This document shows positions 1 to 12,339 of a DNA stretch of 59,055 nucleotides, one piece after another (position 1 is the first letter of the stretch; each line of letters begins with the position of its first letter). Position numbers and translations under genes: made by a program. The stretch covers positions 124,001 through 183,055 of the forward strand of contig JAAILG010000043.1 of NCBI GenBank assembly GCA_012026655.1. Reading direction: 5' to 3'. The DNA comes from Hydrolagus affinis. Lineage: Eukaryota. The notes beneath the pieces are model-generated. The model was given only the letters and a program-made list of their open reading frames with translations. It was not told the origin of the DNA and did not search any database.

Positions 1-204
1 GAATGCATCAACGCAGCATTGCAAGACAGAAGATCTCTGAATGCCCCTAACGCATCTCACTTTCGCATAAAAATCAGAACTCATTACGATTTTTAAAAAT
101 ACTATTTTCCAATGTGGGGGAAAAAAATGTAAAATCATGAAAAAGAAAGTTTTGGTATAAAGATCTCTCTCGTTTTTTCTAAAAAAAAATCTCTTCCCTC
201 TCAG

Positions 205-377
205 GCAAAGGCACCGAACGCAACAGTCATTGTGGTCGGAACACATCTGGATTTGATTGACATGAAATTCCGCACAGAGAGAATCGCTACTCTCCGAGCC
301 TTTGTCCTAGCGCTGTGTCGTGCACCATCGGGATCAAGAGCTACTGGATATCCCGATGTCGTTTGCAAGAATTTGCA
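205..377 (+). CDS. LRRK1: LRRK1 exon, first in window (ROC GTPase, G4 region)
   Basis: tcag| acceptor; [51 protein letters not shown] matches vertebrate LRRK1; gttagt donor, phase 2. Confidence 0.93.
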
Positions 378-1306
378 GTTAGTAACACATTTATTTAAAT
401 ATTCCGAGCATGCATTAAAAATTACACATTGTGCAACGCGAGCGCTGACCAGCCCTCTTTGTGAATCGAAGTAATAAATCTATGTGACAGGAATGTGAAT
501 CATTTGTGAAACTGAAAAATATCATCCGTTGCCAAGCACATTCACCAGTTAAAAAATGTAATAAATATCTCGGAAGCTGTTACTACTCCTGGTGTGGAAA
601 AGGCTTTGTATCTAACTCGCATGAAAGATTTCAGGTTGGGGTTTGAAATCCTAAACTATCCGATTATATGACTTTGTTTCATCTTGAGCACCTGGATAAT
701 CAAGTCCTTTTTTTAAAAAAATAAAACCAGCAGGAAATACTAAGTGCCTTCTAGCTCTTCAGTGTTAATTGACGTAACAAAGATTGATTGAAATTACAAT
801 GTTGTACAAAGATGTAAGTTTTGATTCTCTGTTGTGATAAAATTGTGTACGCAATCAAACGTCAGTTCTGACCATTTTCCTTCCTCTAAATCCTCTGGGT
901 GGAAGCACATCAACATTTAAGATACTGTAGCTATTGCTGGTTTCACGTTGACCTCTGCCTGCGTTGCCTTTGTTGCTGTAAATTGTGAACTGTAAATAAG
1001 CTTGAGAAAAGTGGAAGTGCCTGTGCTCCTGACCCAGATTTGCATCTTAGCCTTCATTGGTATTCGGACTGAACTTTCAACAAATAACAAGTTCCAGCAG
1101 TTTTTTGCATTGTGTCTAAATGAAGCATTTCATCTCGCTGGGGAAAAGGGAAATCTTAAGTCGCTCACAGGCATCTCATGTCAGCCAGGAACCAATGGGC
1201 ATTTATCACATCTGTCGAACCCATGCATTGAATCATTCTGTGTGCCCGGAGATGTAAATAATGATGAAAATTAAGCAGATACAATGCATTGACTTTGCCA
1301 TTCATA

Positions 1307-1536
1307 GGCCCGAATTCCCAATTCGTCTTAGCCTGTTAGACCATTTTGTCTTAAACTTGGAGATCGTGCGGAATTGTAGAAAATTCTTAAATCCAGCCTT
1401 TTTTTTATTAGAAGCTGGTACTTCCTGAGACCAGTTTCCAAATTTGGCTGAATTTGAGATGTTTCCATAGTTCTGTGCAGTCTTAAAGTTTACAACAGAA
1501 TAGTTTTACCGGCTAAAGCTAGATGGAATGTCTGGC
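1307..1536. mobile_element. Old MITE-like element with degenerate terminal inverted repeats
   Basis: Starts ggcccgaattccc...tcttagcc and ends ggctaaagctagatggaatgtctggc; its start resembles the reverse complement of ~15070-15145. Confidence 0.4.
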
Positions 1537-1701
1537 GTCATGTGCCTAAATATTTGGATCGTAGCTGTATTTGTGCTTTAGTGCTACTCGGTGCTTTTAA
1601 TCCATAGATTTAATCTTGACAATGCTGGCAAATCAGGCTTGCTTTCCCTTTTGCGTTTCATCATTTACAAAACTGCGCTCATTTTCATTCCTTTCTCGCA
1701 G

Positions 1702-1822
1702 CGAGTTTTCGGGCAAGACCATGGAGGGTCTGGAAGGGCTTCGCAAACTGATCTTTCAAGTGGCATGTAATATGAAGGAAGTTGGACACTTGTCTGGTTC
1801 CCAGAAGTTGGTTGGTAGACTG
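1702..1822 (+). CDS. LRRK1: LRRK1 exon (ROC end)
   Basis: ctcgcag| acceptor; (H)EFSGKTMEGLEGLRKLIFQVACNMKEVGHLSGSQKLVGRL; gtaagt donor. Confidence 0.93.
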
Positions 1823-2659
1823 GTAAGTATTTCCATTAAAGTTTCATAGATTGAAACCGGGCCAGATGTTAATCTTCCCAAACAGCCCGCTGCCATTGAC
1901 CTATTTTTAAAACATATGATCATTACTGAGGCAGATCTTTCCATTTCCTGCCCGTGATCTTTTTCCTACTATAACTCAATGGCATTTCAGACAGCTTGAT
2001 GGTATCCTTAATCCACTTATTAGTGATTTAAAAAATAGAAGCTAGAAACATCTACAAATTTGACACACTCCGTTTGGTTATTGCTGAGAACATTGGCATT
2101 GTCAATTTACCTAATGTCCTGAACCAGTCAGTAAGTGCAGCAAAATGCACAGGGGCTTGTGCATACATTTGTGAGAGATAATATTAAAGCAAATTCTCAT
2201 CTCTTAACAGACTTACAGAAAGTATGTGTGCAGAATGGTGAATGATTGTCAGGCCTGCACATGACTGATCGATCATAAATGCTTTGATGTAATTTTGAAC
2301 AGATTTACTTTCCAAGTTTTGCGAACTAGTAACCATTACAACAAAATACACATAGCTAACATTACAGTTGTTTCCAAAGTTTTATTAAAGTAACATCTTT
2401 TAAACATGAGTGACTTGTCTTTCAAACAAGAATAAAAAAAGTGATGTGAAAGATTTCACCGTGGGAAATAGTATCAACTGCTGACCAAAGACTAAAATCT
2501 CCATGCAATACAACTTCCCCAGTAATCATGATCCCTGAACATTTAGAGGAGGCTGCGTCTGAGCGATTCTGAAAACTGCTGCAATTAAAAGTTCTGAGAC
2601 ATTTGTGACAGATATTGCTTTAACTCACTGTGGGACAAATTAGTTTTTACAGTTTGCCT

Positions 2660-2910
2660 CGCTATCCTTCAGACATTGAAGGTTAATTACCGTGGCACGA
2701 GTCAAAGAGCGTTTCGTCCTATGTCCTGACCAAAATCACCCCACGTGAAATGGTTATTCACTTCATGGCTGCTTGTGGGACATTGCTGTATGCAAATTGG
2801 TTCCTGCATTCACTTACAAATCTAGTCACTCCACTTTATAGAAATTTCCTTCGTGGAGTGTTTTGAGATACTTTGACATTATGACAAATAACAAGGATTA
2901 TTATTACTAT
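2660..2910 (+). mobile_element. Degenerate Deu-domain SINE followed by an AT-rich tail expansion
   Basis: tgtgggacattgctgtatgcaaattgg core; aaggattattatt tail. Confidence 0.55.
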
Positions 2911-3882
2911 TATTAATATATTATTAATAATAATTATTAATAACAATTAGGATTATTATTGGGATTATTATTATTATCATATTTTCTTTTATTTAGCCTG
3001 GTGTCCATGGACATGCACATAAACCCCATGCTGTGCTTTTTCCCATTTCCACTACCAAGAACTCACAAAAAAAAATCTCCATTTGTTACTTGTCCCAAAA
3101 GTAATTTTGTCATGGTAAATTTCAATCTGACTGTTGCAAATTTCCATGTACAATTTCTTTCACTTCCTATTGCAAAAAGCTATTAAAAGATATCTATGTG
3201 TGCCATGTATGTAATTGGATTACCACATGTGTAGACTCTGCTTAGATTTTCTTCTGCTGATGTGTCTCCAGTCTTTGTATTAATTCACACATTTCTTCAA
3301 TTTAACTGAAGCATAACCACTAACAGATATCGTTAGCTGTGAAAGTTACTAATAGTGATCTATTGGTGTCAGTGTTCATGTGCTGGTAAAATGATCTTGG
3401 GGGAGAGGACATTTTCTAATGGTTACCAGTAGGTAAAATAAATCTCACTTCCCCAGGATATACTGTGCAGCTGGATACTGATGGTTTAAGGCTATCAAAT
3501 GTTATCGTGTACAAGGTGAAACTTTGCTGCTTTTTTAAGCAACTGTATCTAATCATGACTTTAATGATATTCTTTCAAAATATGTCCTAATGCACCTTTG
3601 TTACCTTGTAACAAAACAAATACAAAATTAGGGACATTTACATGGGATTTAGAATTTTTCCTGGTTATATTTTGTGTTTCCCATGTTGTGTTGAGGGAGA
3701 AATTAAACCCAGGTCTACATTTACTCTTTTTTTTTGACGTAACTCATATTTTGCATAAATCATATTAAATGCATGGTTCCAGCTGATATAACCTATGTGA
3801 GGTTTACTGTATCTAAATGCAGTAAATCTAGACCCAGGTGGAATTTCTTGCCATATGTTTAACAACTTTTTCAACATATTAG

Positions 3883-4042
3883 ATACCACGAAGTCACTTG
3901 GGTTTACTGGATGCTGTCCTGAAGGAGCAAAAGAGAAGATGTGCTAGCGATGAGGTGCTGTACCTAACTGACCAGCAAATTGAGGAAATCGTGGAGCAAA
4001 TGCCAGACAATGATATCAAAGACTTTCAGGACCTCCAAAGTG
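3883..4042 (+). CDS. LRRK1: LRRK1 exon (COR-A)
   Basis: Not in the ORF track; translated by hand as [53 protein letters not shown]; ttag|...|gtagtt. Confidence 0.92.
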
Positions 4043-4348
4043 GTAGTTATCATTGACTCATTCATAAAATAGCACACGTGTTTGTACCATTCTGCATTTC
4101 TTTCCAGAGGATTTCTTTTGTTAAACTTTCAAGCGCATTTAACTTCTTTAATTTAGATTTAAAAAATTGCCAAATTGAAATTCTTTTCAAATCAATTCCA
4201 GAATGAAATCCCAAATTTTGGATGACAAATTACTTTCGTGACTTGTGGTTTATGCTGTGGCTTACCCTCCAAACGTTTCCAACAAATGTTGGCGTTTAGG
4301 ATATTAATTGAATATGTGGTTAATGTCAAGTTCTTCTTTGTTTGGCAG

Positions 4349-4625
4349 CAATTAGTTTTCTTATACAAACTGGGGCACTGCTGCATTTCCCAGACACCAG
4401 CCACGGACTGAGGAATCTTTATTTCCTGGACCCAGTGTGGTTATCGGAATGCCTGGAGAGAATTATCAACATAAAAGCCTCTCGCTCGGTTGCTAAAAAT
4501 GGAGTGATACAAGCGAAGGACCTGAGGATGCTTTTAGTTGGAACCGGATTCACAGAACAGACGGAAGAGCAATATTTTCAGTTTTTAGCTAAATTTGAGA
4601 TTGCACTTCCAGTTGCTAACAACAG
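4349..4625 (+). CDS. LRRK1: LRRK1 exon (COR-A)
   Basis: (A)[35 protein letters not shown]...[14 protein letters not shown]; ggcag|...|gtgagt. Confidence 0.96.
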
Positions 4626-5253
4626 GTGAGTGACTAATGTCACATTTTTTTAAAAAAAATCCCCCATCTTGTTTCTTTCCTCTGATTTCCCCCCACCCCC
4701 ACCCCCCACCTCCCCACCCCACACATACACACACCGTATTGCCAGCCGAACACGCATACAATTTCTGGAACACTGCTGACACCTAACACTATCTCCCTTC
4801 ATCTATGAGATTATAAAGAGGTTCTGACAGCTACTCCTACTGTCAGGAAGGAATGACAAGCTGTGAACTGCCCAACTCAGAACTGACAAAATTCACTCAA
4901 CAAAACTAAGCTTTGAACTCTAACTCTAATTTGAGAGTCCAACAATCTGTGAGAACTATCTGGCCATCTGTATTACTGTATTTTCCATATTCCTTTCAGA
5001 AGCTTCCTAAAGATGTATTATTTATCTGATGAACTAAAGAAAGCACATTAACAGCTGGTGAATCCTAACTCAAACATGCACGGGTATCTGATGTGCTTCC
5101 ACTGTTATCTCGGAATGAAGAGCGAATGAGCAAGATAATTAGTCATCATTAAGTGATTTGCTTTGTCAAAAAGAGACTTAGTAGATAACTGAGGGACTTT
5201 TTCAAGTGAAGTAATATTTAAGCGAAGCATAATCTGCACATCACGAAGATGTT

Positions 5254-5540
5254 CATAGAATCATAGAATTTTACGGCACAAAAGGAGGCCATTCGACCCA
5301 TCTAGTCTGTGCCGGCTCTTTGAAAAGAGCAACTCAATCCCACTGCCCAGCTCTCTCCCCATAACCTAACAGACCTGTTCTCCCTAAATAAAGATCTAAT
5401 TCTCTTTTGAAAACTGTTATTGAATCGGCCTCCACCATCTTTTCAGGTAATGCATTCCAGATTCGAACAACCCGCTGAGTGAAAAAATTTCTCCTCAGCT
5501 CCCCTCTGCTTCGTTTTGAAACTATTTTAAATCTGTGACC
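5254..5540 (-). mobile_element. CR1-type LINE 3' end
   Basis: catagaatcatagaat = (ATTCTATG)n tail on the minus strand; gaatggcctcct motif upstream. Confidence 0.75.
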
Positions 5541-5924
5541 ACAGATTTAGAGTGTAACCTAAAATGTAGCAACCAGATTCACGTAAACAAGCTTCGGAAA
5601 AGGGGAGAGAAACTGCCTTGATTAATCATTAAGAATCAGCCGAGGTCTGCAAACAGTCAGCAGGAGGTGGCAGAGTTCAGGGTGAAGGGACAAGCAAAGC
5701 AGCTCAAAAGAAGTTATTCAAAAAATCTGAACAAAAAGATCTAAGGAAGGTTTAGATAACAAGACCAGGCAGTCACATCGACAGGTTCACAGGCAAAAGA
5801 AATCCATAATTCGATGCATAAATACCAGAAATATTTGCAATGGTAGAACTAGAGGCAGCTGATAATGGTGAAAATATTATTGCGTAGTAATCATTGTGAC
5901 TATGTTTTTTTCCCCCCCACCTAG

Positions 5925-6096
5925 TTACCTTCTGCCTCATCTTCTCCCATCAAAACCAGGTTTGGACATTAACAACCTACGGCATAAATTCACAAACACC
6001 ATTCAGAGACTTTTCAAAATGACGTTTGTACCCGTTGGCTTCTGGCAACGGTTTATTGCCCGGATATTAATCAGTCTTGCACAGATGGATGTCCAG
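5925..6096 (+). CDS. LRRK1: LRRK1 exon (COR-A/COR-B)
   Basis: (S)[14 protein letters not shown]...[24 protein letters not shown]; ctag|...|gtacag. Confidence 0.95.
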
Positions 6097-6540
6097 GTAC
6101 AGATATTCACCAGCTTGAAGAATTTTATCATGATATGATTAGTTGTTGAGATGAGAAGATGGCCCTTTGGGCTTTTTGATCTCATTCTTCCCCAATACCC
6201 ACTCCACCATCTTTCCATCACAGCACCGAGATGTTTCTTAATCCCATTCTAATGATTAAATATTCTGTGTGTAAAAGAAAGAATCCCTGGTGTCTGCCCT
6301 AAAATTTTCCATCACAAACAATAACCCTGTGCTCACTTCTACCTCGTGCTACTGATTTAATGTATCCGCAAGTATTGTTGTGGTGGTGTGGGCAGTGCGG
6401 ATGAGGCAAGTGAAATGTATTTAAACTTATTCTTTGCCAAAGTGTTTTGCTGCTGAAGCTCAAATCAGCAGATGGGAGCAGGGGGTGAAGCAGAACATTG
6501 CATTGAGCCCCCCCGTTCCCCTTGTACCGTTCTTCAACAG

Positions 6541-6710
6541 CTTTTTGAGAACGATAAGAATTCCAAACCGACTAGAAACAACAGGGCGTCGCTTTACACC
6601 TTCACCGGATCCCAGCGTCGCAATCGCTGCAGCACCTTCCGAGTGAGGAGGACGCAAACCATTTATTGGCAAGAAGGCCTGCAGATTAACTACGACGGCG
6701 GCTACCTGAG
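6541..6710 (+). CDS. LRRK1: LRRK1 exon (COR-B autoinhibitory loop)
   Basis: [56 protein letters not shown]; caacag|...|gtatca. Confidence 0.95.
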
Positions 6711-6822
6711 GTATCATTTCACATCCCTTCATAATTAAAAGCTTTCAGCGGTAATCGCGGCCATTTTGGAGCATGCCCAACCCTCGGGCCTGAATGGAAC
6801 AAACTATTTCTTTCCCACCCAG

Positions 6823-6962
6823 TGTTCAGTCGGCGGACGTTAACTGGAAGAAGACAAAAAGCGGCGGAATAAAGATCATGTGTCAGTCGGATACAAGAGA
6901 CTTTTCAGCTGTAGCCTTCCTCACTGACCACGTCAATTCTCTGTTTGATCAATGGTTTCCAG
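6823..6962 (+). CDS. LRRK1: LRRK1 exon (COR-B)
   Basis: (S)[46 protein letters not shown]; cccag|...|gtaaga. Confidence 0.95.
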
Positions 6963-7336
6963 GTAAGAAGGAAGCTTGTTTTATTGTAACATAGACCTGC
7001 TGCTAGCTACAGCAAATACTCCTAAATTTAATAATGATATCAATATAATCATTCTTGCATTGGATGTAACACTTTAGCACAGTGTTTAATCCTCTCAATA
7101 GCACTTCACTGGATTTTGCTGGAAAGTGTAGTGACTGTGTATTTGTAGGTGAATCTGCCCTGGGTTATTGTAAATTGTGTTTCTCTGAGGTGTAGGAGGC
7201 ACTTCCTTAATCACATATATTGGTTTGGTTTTTGAATGTGACCCTAAGCAGTGGGTCTATATTCGAATAAATTCATTATAATCCATTATAATCCAGGCAT
7301 TGTTTTCACCTATTAAATACAGACTTGCATTTACAG

Positions 7337-7586
7337 CTCTTACAGCCACGGAAACTGATGGGACTTTGTTGGTCGAACAGTACATGCCTTGTCCATCTTG
7401 CACTGCTGCAAAGGGAGGAGAAATGAACACCGAATTAAGGCCAGATGGCTTGAACTACTTCAACATGGAGAACTGTGTGCTTACTGCCATAGCGAAGACC
7501 CATATTCAATGTCCTAACCACCCTTCTACTCCAGTACCTTTGGAAGAGTTGGTTCCTGAACTTTTCATGACTGATTTCCCATCTAG
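7337..7586 (+). CDS. LRRK1: LRRK1 exon (COR-B)
   Basis: (A)LTATETDGTLLVEQYMPCPSC...VPLEELVPELFMTDFPS; tacag|...|gtaaaa. Confidence 0.95.
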
Positions 7587-7854
7587 GTAAAAACAATGTT
7601 GATTGTTGTGGAGATAAACACTGTGATAATAAATTACAATGAAGTTTATATTTTGATGTAATTTTTACACACATTTTTCTTTAATCTCATCTCACCTGTC
7701 TTTACCTTTCATTTATCCAAAGTGTTGTTTTTTTTAACCTGAAAATGTCACCTATTAGATTAGTGCAATTCTAAGGTGCAGGCGAACCTTTGTAGGCTTC
7801 GTACTGTGAAAATAGATTTTTTTTATGAATAAATTTTAATGTATTCACTCACAG

Positions 7855-8024
7855 GTTATTTTTGGAAATTGGTGAATTAGAATACAGTGAAACAGAAAAA
7901 GATATACTCGGTCAGGGAGGTAGCGGAACCATAATATACAAATCAAAATACAAAGGAATCCCTGTAGCAGTCAAGAGATTTCATTTCAAGAAATGCCGAA
8001 GACAAAACTCTGATTTGAGCACAG
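7855..8024 (+). CDS. LRRK1: LRRK1 exon (kinase N-lobe)
   Basis: Gly-rich loop LGQGGSGT and VAVK lysine; cacag|...|gtaaga. Confidence 0.96.
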
Positions 8025-8169
8025 GTAAGAAGAGATATACTACTGGTTTAATGAAGATTAATTTATATAGTGAGTTGCCTTTTAACATTGTAAGGCCATT
8101 GGTATTAACATCTATGTCAGGTGTTAACTTTTGTTTTCCTAGATTTTCTTTATTAAACATTATAATGAA

Positions 8170-8400
8170 GATAATAATAATAGGTACAGTGCATTTGATA
8201 TAGTGCTTTTCACGTCAGCAGGGCACCTTAAAGTGCTTCACAGGACTTTGCTGTGAAGTGGATTGACTGTGTATTTGTACGCAAATGTGGCAGGCCATTT
8301 GGGCATAGCGATGTCCCACAAACAGCCAGGATGTGGATGGCCAATTTTATTTAGGAGATTGTTGACAAAAGAGGGCACAGAGAGAAACTTCCTGCTCTTA
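8170..8400 (-). mobile_element. Deu-domain SINE fragment
   Basis: Tail aataataat; gcatttgatatagtgcttttcacgtc; gtcccacaaacagc core. Confidence 0.6.
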
Positions 8401-9329
8401 AAGTTAAAGCTTAAGAGGAGAAAATTGGATCAGAAGAAGCAGAAACAAATTAGGTTGGCAAAGGACTTAATGAAGTTATGGAAAATAATTTGCTAGCTTT
8501 GACACTGCATACACGAGAGGAGACGTATGGATGAAGATTTGGGAAGGGGATTAGGAAGGGTGGAGGCTCTTGTAGTCTATCAACACTGACCCCGATTACT
8601 GGGCTAATGTCTTGTTTATGTGCTGCAGCTTCAATATATTTCAAACATAGTCTATAAAATTAGTGGTTACTTTTAATTCCTTTATCATTGCATATTTAGT
8701 TATTTTCAAAAAAAAATTATCTGCAACTTGGAATCAATGTAAAATGCTTTTTATTTGTTTTTCATTTTATCAGACTAAATACTAATCATTGTTGACAGAC
8801 CTTTTCACTAGTTAAAGAATTCATGTATGAACTTACACGATCGTGCGGCTGATTATACTCTGGTCATGATTAGAGATATTATTCTGATCTGATAATAAAC
8901 CTATTACGTTTCCAGATGTAATTTATTTTTAAAAAGAGCATTCACAAAACTCCTTAGGGTTATATCCTGTCAATTAAACGCTATAATTTTCTGCTTCCTA
9001 TTGAAACTGCAATCAAAGTCCAGGGAAATTACTGACAATCTTCTTATAGAGATTGCATTTACATTCAAATTGGTATGTAATTTTAGGATTGAATTCAAAG
9101 AGGTGAACCCGTGCATTTACAGCTGCCGCTAATGTTTATGCGTACACCAGGAGAGAATCTCTGGCTTTACATTAAAACAGCATTTGAAAGCTTTTAATGC
9201 TTGCGTATTGCTAAATAAACAAACCACTTGTTTGAAAATTGTAACTAGTTCTCTCTCATGTGAATTGCAATCTCTCTCTCATGGGAACGGTGACTGAGAA
9301 TGTGTCTGCTGTTGTATTGTTCATTTCAG

Positions 9330-9527
9330 ATTCAATGTTCAAGCACATTGAAGCGATGGAGGCCTTGAGGAATTTTTCAGACTTCCGCCAGGAAGCCAGC
9401 ATGCTTCATTCCTTGCAACACCCATGTATAGTCTCCTTGATTGGCATCAGCATCCACCCACTCTGTTTTGCATTAGAGTTGGCTCCTTTGGGTAGTCTCA
9501 ATACAGTGTTGGCTGAATACTCCAAAG
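9330..9527 (+). CDS. LRRK1: LRRK1 exon (kinase alphaC and hinge)
   Basis: [43 protein letters not shown]; ttcag|...|gtaaca. Confidence 0.96.
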
Positions 9528-9877
9528 GTAACAGATTTTTTTAGAAAAACAAAACAAAGGCTTAATATACATGGAACCATACAGAGGTTTAGGTTATTGA
9601 TAGCAATCATGATTGAAATTGAGTAAAATGCTAATTAAGTTTGATTTAAAAAGTAACAAATTATACAATAATGCGAAAAGAATCCTTTCACATCATAACG
9701 CTTCACACGAAATACTGCAAAGTGCATTTTGTAGGTGAATGTAAAAATGAGTTTGGCACTGTACCTTATATAGTGTCTTAATTTGAAGTGTTAACGTTTC
9801 TAAAAGAATGTTTTTAACTCTTAAATGAATTGAGTTATGTTATGTAAAATATAAAATGGCTGTTCTCTTTCACACAG

Positions 9878-10155
9878 AAATGTCCTTTATACCACTTGGC
9901 CATATGTTGACTTACAGAATAGCCTATCAGATTGCAGTGGGATTGGCTTATCTGCACAGAAAGAACATCATATTCTGTGACCTGAAGTCGGATAATATTT
10001 TAGTTTGGACTCTAGACGTGAGTGATCCAGTGAATGTGAAATTGTCAGACTACGGGATCTCTCGTCAGTCATTCCACGAGGGAGCTCTTGGTGTAGAGGG
10101 AACTCCTGGCTATCAGGCACCGGAGATCATGCCTGGGATTGTTTACGATGAAAAG
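9878..10155 (+). CDS. LRRK1: LRRK1 exon (catalytic loop and activation segment)
   Basis: [41 protein letters not shown]; cacag|...|gtataa. Confidence 0.97.
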
Positions 10156-10244
10156 GTATAAAACAGAACGTAAAAAGGAAACCTGGGTCCTGAAGAGATT
10201 GTTTTTCTAGCAGATGTATTTGAAATGGCTCGTTTCTTTTTTAG

Positions 10245-10439
10245 GTTGACATGTTTTCTTATGGAATGGTCTTATATGAGTTACTATCTGGTCATCGACC
10301 TGTCCTTGGACAACATCAGATCCAGATAGCTAAGAAACTGGCCAAAGGATTACGTCCTTCACTGGGACTCTTAGAGGAAGTGCAGTTCCACAGTTTGCAA
10401 ACTCTCATGACTGAATCCTGGGACACAAAGCCCGAAAAG
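10245..10439 (+). CDS. LRRK1: LRRK1 exon (kinase C-lobe)
   Basis: [16 protein letters not shown]...WDTKPEK; ttttag|...|gtaaac. Confidence 0.96.
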
Positions 10440-10813
10440 GTAAACTAGGTAATACTTGTGTAGGTAATAAGCAATTCATTTAATAGATTAAGTGATCTGT
10501 TTTATCTAGCAACATTCGAGTAGATAGGCTCCTGATTAGCATATAACAATATCATAACTGTCTTCATTAACTAAAGTGCAAAAGGAGTAATGCATGATTG
10601 TAGATTACTGTATGTAGATGTCTAGAAGATGTGAAAAGCACTATATCAAATGCAAGGATTATTATTATAATTTTAGCCTGATCTGTCTATGCAAAGGAAT
10701 TGCTTCTAAATTAGGCGCATGCATGAAGATATTAATAATATTTATTTAAATCAACTGACTTCTGTACTTTCTCCTGAATTTTATAGTCGTGTTGGCATCT
10801 TATTCCCATTTAG

Positions 10814-10965
10814 CGCCCGGCAGCCAACTCTATTGTCAGAATGATGCAGGATCCTAGCTTTCCAGTGTTGATGTACAGGCTGAGCTGTGGAAGACACAGG
10901 TCATTTTACTCTTCTCAAGAACAGGAGCGGACCATCATTTTCTGGGATGGGGAAGGAGAGGAGAG
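10814..10965 (+). CDS. LRRK1: LRRK1 exon (kinase end / WD40 start)
   Basis: Hand translation RPAANSIVRMMQDPSFPVLMYRLSCGRHRSFYSSQEQERTIIFWDGEGEE; tttag|...|gtatga. Confidence 0.92.
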
Positions 10966-11210
10966 GTATGAAATTATGACGCGACAGGGGTAGGCTCCCA
11001 AATTTGGTTTGATAAAAAAATTCAGTATGAAAGGAAACTATGGATTTACTTCGAGTGAGGCAATGCGTATTTGTAATACAGTACTTTAAAATAAGCAAAT
11101 GGTTCTAAACTAAAAGACCATGACAGCAATATCTGTACATGACCGGAAAGCAGAGCATTTAAGAAATTCTGATATCCATTGCAAATTATATGTTGATTTG
11201 TCAACTCTAG

Positions 11211-11328
11211 GAATTACAGTGTGGTGAATATAGAGAAGGGACTGATTGAAGTGGACCACATCAGCTGTCCTGGAGTAAGGCTGAGCTGCCAACTGAAACT
11301 ACAGACTGCATTGTGGACAGCAACGGAG
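11211..11328 (+). CDS. LRRK1: LRRK1 exon (WD40)
   Basis: Hand translation (R)NYSVVNIEKGLIEVDHISCPGVRLSCQLKLQTALWTATE; ctag|...|gtgagt. Confidence 0.93.
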
Positions 11329-12222
11329 GTGAGTAGATGGCATGTGTTGCAATGTTGTGCTGTGGTTCCGTGCTTATTCGTTAATCACATTAGCTGAACG
11401 CTGCCGAAAAGGTAACATTGCGGTCAGGATTCTGTTTGATACGGAAACAGCACCACTAAATAGGACTTAATATTCTGATCCCAGCACTGGCTGGTACTGT
11501 TTAGAGACTGGAGAAAACTTGCGGCTTATTTTGATCGTCCAATTAGTGGCGGTACATTAAGATGGGGTGGAGATGTGGAGAAGTACAGATGTGACAGGTT
11601 CAGTATGTGGATCAGCTTCAGATCAGGATCAGATCACATCGAGTGGTTAATAATGAAGAGAGGCAGTATGGGGGTTTTGTTTCTCCACAAATCTACTCTG
11701 TTCCTGATTTCAGTGCCTTGCGGCTGTGGAAAATCAGAGAGCAGCTTGTCACTGAGCTCTTATTGGAAGTTCCCTATTTAGCAGCAGCAGAGACAAAGGC
11801 TACCCCTCCACCCCCACCACTTTGTATGATTTTATATTTATTCCTTTAAAATATTATTTGCTAGTTACCAACTCACCCCACTGAATTTCTTCGAATCCCT
11901 TTAATTCAAAGCTGTCTCAGCCTTGTGCCTTTGCACGTAACGAAACATGTTCCCAACTAACTCTGCTTTCAATTTTCACTCGAAATTCATTGATGTCCAT
12001 TGTGTAAAAATAAACCATAGAAATGAAAAGACTGATCCTCATTGAAGAATGTGAGCTTCTTTGCAGATCAGATAATATCATTTACAACGTTTCGATTCCC
12101 CATATCAGGTAAGGATGAGATTGAATGGGTATTTGGACCTTCTTCAACCAAGGCTCTGGTGATTTAGCTTGTTTTGTTCCATGTTTTCTGCCTCCTGTTT
12201 AATTTTGTGCTGTTTCTATCAG

Positions 12223-12339
12223 GACCAGAAGATTCAGGTTTATAGCCTCAAAGGAATGTGTCCCTTAAATGTGCCTCTGAAAGTGCTGGATGTTCCAGCT
12301 ATTGTTACCTGTTTCTTGATGGTGTCAAGTGGAAACCAG
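12223..12339 (+). CDS. LRRK1: LRRK1 exon (WD40)
   Basis: [39 protein letters not shown]; atcag|...|gtaaga. Confidence 0.94.
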
